DNA from: Methanobacteriota archaeon
GTDB taxonomy: Archaea; Thermoplasmatota; Poseidoniia; Poseidoniales; Thalassarchaeaceae
DNA length: 64,000 nt
Assembly (NCBI GenBank): GCA_019654055.1
Contig: BPDA01000001.1
Coordinates: 17,938 to 81,937, forward strand
Direction: 5' to 3'
Position numbers and translations under genes: made by a program
Notes under the pieces: generated by a model
Seen by the model: the letters and a program-made list of their open reading frames with translations, nothing else
What the model was told of the DNA's origin: nothing
The model's database searches: none
Part shown: positions 60,921 through 64,000 of the stretch, in pieces
Layout: every line of letters begins with the position of its first letter
How positions within the stretch are numbered: the stretch's first letter is position 1

Positions 60921-61865
60921 ATGTTCATCGTCGGATTCGCGCCAAACGATGTCATGGGAGAGCTGCTGTATCAGGGTAAGGTCAAGCAAGTTTGGAGCAC
61001 CGATGACCCTAATGTCCTCGAATTCAGGTACACGGACCAGATTTCAGTCTACGACCAAATCATCCCCTCGTTGATTCCTCGCAAGGGAGAGAGCCTCAAC
61101 CGAACAACGTGCCACTGGTTCGACCTAGTGAGCGATGAGGGGGTTTGCGAGACCCACCTAATCGAGATGAACGCCCCCGATCGTTGCCTTGCCAGACGCT
61201 TTGAGGTCATCAAGGAGCCCGGCGCTATACCCCGCGATATGGAAAACGTCTTCGTACCGCTGGAGGTTATTTGCAGGCACCACCTGTCGGGCTCCGGCTG
61301 GCGCAGGTATGCCAAGGGTGAGGTCGGGGCCGAGGAGTTCGGCTTCGAGCCCGGAACCGAGATCGAGGCGGGCTGCAAACTACCTCGTCCGTACCTTGAG
61401 GTGTCTACAAAGTTCGAGGCATTCGACAGGCTTCTCGACAGAGAGGAGGCATTGCAGATATCGAACCTCACCGAACAGGAGTTCGACTCATTGCTCGATA
61501 CGGTACTGAGGATTGATGCCATAATTGAGCGCGAGGCTGGAAAACGGGGGCTGATTCACGTCGACGGCAAGAAGGAGTTCGCCCTAGGCGAGGGCAGGAG
61601 GCCAGTTCTGGTGGATTCGTTCGGCACCCTGGACGAGGATAGGTGGTGGGATGCCGAGACCTACTCCAAAGGCCAGATAGTATCGCTTTCCAAGGAGTTC
61701 GTCCGCGAGCACTACATCGACATAGGACATCATGAGGCCCTGTACGATGCGAGGGAAAGGGGAATCGAGGAGCCTCCGATTCCCGCCTTGCCGCAGGAGA
61801 TGGTAGACAGGACAGCGCAGCTGTACGCATCAATGTACGAGCGACTGACCGGAGCCGAATTCTGA
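60921..61865 (+). CDS. purC: Phosphoribosylaminoimidazole-succinocarboxamide (SAICAR) synthase, long form
   Basis: LLYQGKVKQVWSTDDPNVLEFRYTDQISVYDQIIPSLIPRKGESLNRTTCHWFDL and downstream LIHVDGKKEF...LVDSFGTLDEDRWWD fit the PurC pattern. Confidence 0.8.
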   Translation: MFIVGFAPNDVMGELLYQGKVKQVWSTDDPNVLEFRYTDQISVYDQIIPSLIPRKGESLNRTTCHWFDLVSDEGVCETHLIEMNAPDRCLARRFEVIKEPGAIPRDMENVFVPLEVICRHHLSGSGWRRYAKGEVGAEEFGFEPGTEIEAGCKLPRPYLEVSTKFEAFDRLLDREEALQISNLTEQEFDSLLDTVLRIDAIIEREAGKRGLIHVDGKKEFALGEGRRPVLVDSFGTLDEDRWWDAETYSKGQIVSLSKEFVREHYIDIGHHEALYDARERGIEEPPIPALPQEMVDRTAQLYASMYERLTGAEF

Positions 61866-61866
61866 G

Positions 61867-62781
61867 GTGCGCATGGGCACTCACGATTACGAGGACGACT
61901 CTCGCAACGAAGACATTCTCGTATCGGTGAACGGGGACATCGTCCACCGCCAGGAAGCCAAGGTCTCGGTGTTCGACGCCGGCTTCCTGCTGGGCGATGG
62001 AGTCTGGGAGTCGTTCAGGCTGCACAATGGAACCATCGTATTTGCCGAGGACCATCTGGACAGGTTATTCCGTGGGGCCGAGTCGATTTCCCTCGACATT
62101 GGCATGTCGCGCAAGGAGGTACTGGAACAGGTGGATCGTGTGATATTGGCCAACGGCATGCATGACGGCGTACATGTTCGTTTGGTCGTATCTCGCGGCC
62201 TCAAGCCTACTCCCTATCAGGCCCCGTGGGTGATTTCGGGACCTCCGACCCTAGTCATCATGCCTGAGTACAAGAGGGCGGACGAGCGTAGGGCAGTGGA
62301 TGGAATCAGCCTCGTCACGGTCGACGTGCGGAGGGGCAATCAGAACGTCCAGGACCCTCGCATCAACAGTCTATCCAAGCACAACTGCATCGCTGCATGC
62401 GTTGACGCTGCAAGCAAGGGTGGCGATGAGGGCTTGATGCTCGACCCCTCGGGCAACGTAGCGACCTGCAACTCCACTCACTTCTTCGCCGTCCGCAACG
62501 GCGAGGTCTGGACCTCTACAGGTGAGCACTGTTTGGATGGCATCACTCGCAGGAAGGTGCTGGAGCTGTGTCACACGAACGGAATCCCCGCATTTGAGAA
62601 GGACTTCACCCCCGAGCAGGTCCGGACGGCCGATGAGGCCTTTGTGACCGGCACGTTCGCTGGTCTCACCCCGGTGGTGGAGTTCGACGGCAAGCCGATG
62701 AGTGGTGGCCAGAGGGGTCCTGTGTGCGAACGTCTGCAGGCACTCTATCTGGAATTGATCAGGAGCGAGTGTGGTGGCTGA
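61867..62781 (+). CDS. Class IV PLP aminotransferase (branched-chain amino acid / D-amino-acid aminotransferase family)
   Basis: VSVFDAGFLLGDGVWESFRLHNGTIVFAEDHLDRLFRGAESI...VHVRLVVSRG...GDEGLMLDPSGNVATCNSTHFFAVRNGEVWTS...LDGITRRKVLELC carries the fold-type IV motifs. Confidence 0.7.
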   Translation: MRMGTHDYEDDSRNEDILVSVNGDIVHRQEAKVSVFDAGFLLGDGVWESFRLHNGTIVFAEDHLDRLFRGAESISLDIGMSRKEVLEQVDRVILANGMHDGVHVRLVVSRGLKPTPYQAPWVISGPPTLVIMPEYKRADERRAVDGISLVTVDVRRGNQNVQDPRINSLSKHNCIAACVDAASKGGDEGLMLDPSGNVATCNSTHFFAVRNGEVWTSTGEHCLDGITRRKVLELCHTNGIPAFEKDFTPEQVRTADEAFVTGTFAGLTPVVEFDGKPMSGGQRGPVCERLQALYLELIRSECGG

Positions 62782-63508
62782 AGGCGTCAGCATCGCCATG
62801 TGGTCCGGGCCACGTAACATCTCGACGGCGATGATGTACTCGTTCGACAACCGGGCTGACTGCTTCGCGAGCGACGAACCGCTCTATGCCCACTACCTCT
62901 CTAGGACCGGCATCAAGCACCCTGATGCTGATGTCGTGATGACTCGCCACGAGACCGATGCCGATGCCGTGACTGACTATTTGACAGGGGCAATCCCCGG
63001 GGCCGCTGGGGTCTGGTACCAGAAGCACATGTGCCATCACATTCTACCAGATATGGACACTGGCTGGCTGGCCGCGCTCGAGAACTGCTTCCTCATACGT
63101 GATCCCAGAGAGGTCCTGCTCTCGCTCTCGAAGATAACCAACGAGGTATCGTTGTGGGCGACGGGCTTACCGCAGCAGGCGAGGCTGCTGGAGCAGGTCA
63201 CCGAGGAAAGCGGAGAGGTACCACCGATACTAGACGCACGCGACGTGCTCGAGGACCCCCGGGGTATGCTAGGGTTGCTCTGCGAGCGAGTGCGGATACC
63301 CTTCAGTGAGGAGATGTTGTCATGGAGGCCGGGTCCAAGGGAGTGCGACGGCATCTGGGCAGAGCACTGGTACGATTCGGTCTGGGCGTCCACCGGTTTC
63401 TCCCCTTACAGAGCTAGGCCGGGCGATTTAGCTCCAGAGCACGAGGCGATTCTGTCACAGGCACTGCCACTCTACGAGGGCATGTACTCGCTCAGGATGT
63501 CTCTGTAA
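62771..63508 (+). CDS. Sulfotransferase-family-like protein (hypothetical)
   Basis: IAMWSGPRNISTAMMYSF resembles the PAPS 5'-phosphate-binding loop (PKSGTTW-like). Overlaps the aminotransferase stop by 11 nt. Weak assignment. Confidence 0.4.
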   Translation: MVAEGVSIAMWSGPRNISTAMMYSFDNRADCFASDEPLYAHYLSRTGIKHPDADVVMTRHETDADAVTDYLTGAIPGAAGVWYQKHMCHHILPDMDTGWLAALENCFLIRDPREVLLSLSKITNEVSLWATGLPQQARLLEQVTEESGEVPPILDARDVLEDPRGMLGLLCERVRIPFSEEMLSWRPGPRECDGIWAEHWYDSVWASTGFSPYRARPGDLAPEHEAILSQALPLYEGMYSLRMSL

Positions 63509-63988
63509 TCAGTCCCTCATCAACCGCTTCAACCTAGCTTCAAAGTCATCCTCGTCGGGGCTTTCCGGGGCAGGCTTGGGAGTTTGCAACTCCTCCTCTT
63601 CCTCCTCGTCCGGAAGGACATCTTCCTCCTCGACGACTTCCCTAGCGACCTTCTCGTGGACCATCTTCTCCTCGGCAGCGGCCATGGCCATCTCCATCAG
63701 CTCCTTACCCTCTCGATAGTTCCTCACCATCCATGCCAGAGCCACGGACACCCCGATGACTAGCAAAGCCGCGGCCAGGGAGGTCCCCATGTCGTTGTAC
63801 TTGCTCGGATCCGTCTGACCTCCCGAGAGGATTATCCTGCTCTCGTCATCGCTTGGGTCCGAATCGACGTCCCATGGGAAGGCGCAGCCAATAGTCACCA
63901 CGACCTCGTCCCCGTCCTCGGCTGACCCTGGGCGATCCATCCCCACGGTCGGGGAGAATGTCCCTGTCAGGTCGACTCGATGCGTCAT
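63509..63988 (-). CDS. Hypothetical single-pass membrane protein with poly-acidic C-terminal tail
   Basis: TM GTSLAAALLVIGVSVALAWMV followed by EEEDVLPDEEEEEELQTPKPAPESPDEDDFE. Confidence 0.4.
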   Translation of the reverse strand: MTHRVDLTGTFSPTVGMDRPGSAEDGDEVVVTIGCAFPWDVDSDPSDDESRIILSGGQTDPSKYNDMGTSLAAALLVIGVSVALAWMVRNYREGKELMEMAMAAAEEKMVHEKVAREVVEEEDVLPDEEEEEELQTPKPAPESPDEDDFEARLKRLMRD

Positions 63989-64000
63989 CGAGTGATCTCC

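Overview
The window reads as a high-GC (~60%) archaeal chromosome segment. The archaeal assignment rests on the markers aTrm56, aIF2-beta, aRF1, a Nog1-type GTPase, class I LysRS and XPD. The long acidic, sequon-rich surface proteins and a lipoate-dependent 2-oxoacid dehydrogenase operon suggest a Thermoplasmatota-like or marine-euryarchaeal MAG. This placement is inference only.

Gene content, in order:
- (1) 1-3.5 kb, minus strand: a TtrBCA-ordered molybdopterin oxidoreductase cluster. It runs Fe-S subunit, NrfD-like membrane subunit, then the Mo catalytic subunit, which is truncated at the window edge. It is preceded by a TraB-family ORF that reads through into the Fe-S gene, and by folP.
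- (2) 5-10 kb: aTrm56, then carA and carB.
- (3) 10.3-12.1 kb: a ~1.8 kb low-GC island. It carries a leaderless HTH gene with a TATA box, an SD-led Zc3h12a/NYN-type RNase and a 38-aa K/R/A-rich peptide. It sits between the degraded 3' end of carB and a heavily degraded class I lysK.
- (4) 13.7-21.8 kb: gfcR-like PRT/HTH, dut, aIF2-beta, an MDR oxidoreductase, a 2Fe-2S ferredoxin, PCD, Nog1, pyrH and aRF1.
- (5) 21.8-27.5 kb: argS, a peroxiredoxin, an M28 peptidase, ubiX and a class V aminotransferase.
- (6) 27.5-34.1 kb, minus strand: lipB-lpd-E2-E1beta-E1alpha-lipA.
- (7) 34.3-35.6 kb: a FolM-like SDR, a FolB-like gene and tRNA-Leu(UAA).
- (8) 35.7-47.7 kb: a ~2930 nt acidic surface-protein gene and one giant (~9 kb) surface-protein gene. 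The giant gene carries thrombospondin type 3 Ca-binding repeats, a transglutaminase-like core, Ig-like repeats, a TM anchor and a DUF4129-like tail.
- (9) 47.6-53.2 kb: a translationally coupled pair. A 977-aa protein (two receiver-like domains plus a PPDK_N / PEP-synthase-like ATP-grasp kinase domain) overlaps an XPD/Rad3 helicase start-to-stop.
- (10) 53.4-64 kb: an RHH regulator, an HD-domain dGTPase-like protein, gdhA, a polar amino-acid ABC transporter (ATPase, a permease fused to an N-terminal extracellular beta-propeller, a divergent SBP), purC, a class IV aminotransferase and a sulfotransferase-like protein.

About 20 apparent single-base frameshifts interrupt otherwise conserved genes. 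These are carA, the carB tail, lysK, gfcR, dut, the MDR gene, pyrH, aRF1, argS, ubiX, E1beta, the SDR and the giant gene. Most sit at G/C homopolymer runs, and they cluster around the low-GC island and inside the giant surface gene. They are most simply read as assembly indel errors. The exceptions are lysK, the carB tail and the gfcR region, which are dense enough to suggest real local decay. No CRISPR array, integrase or transposase was seen.
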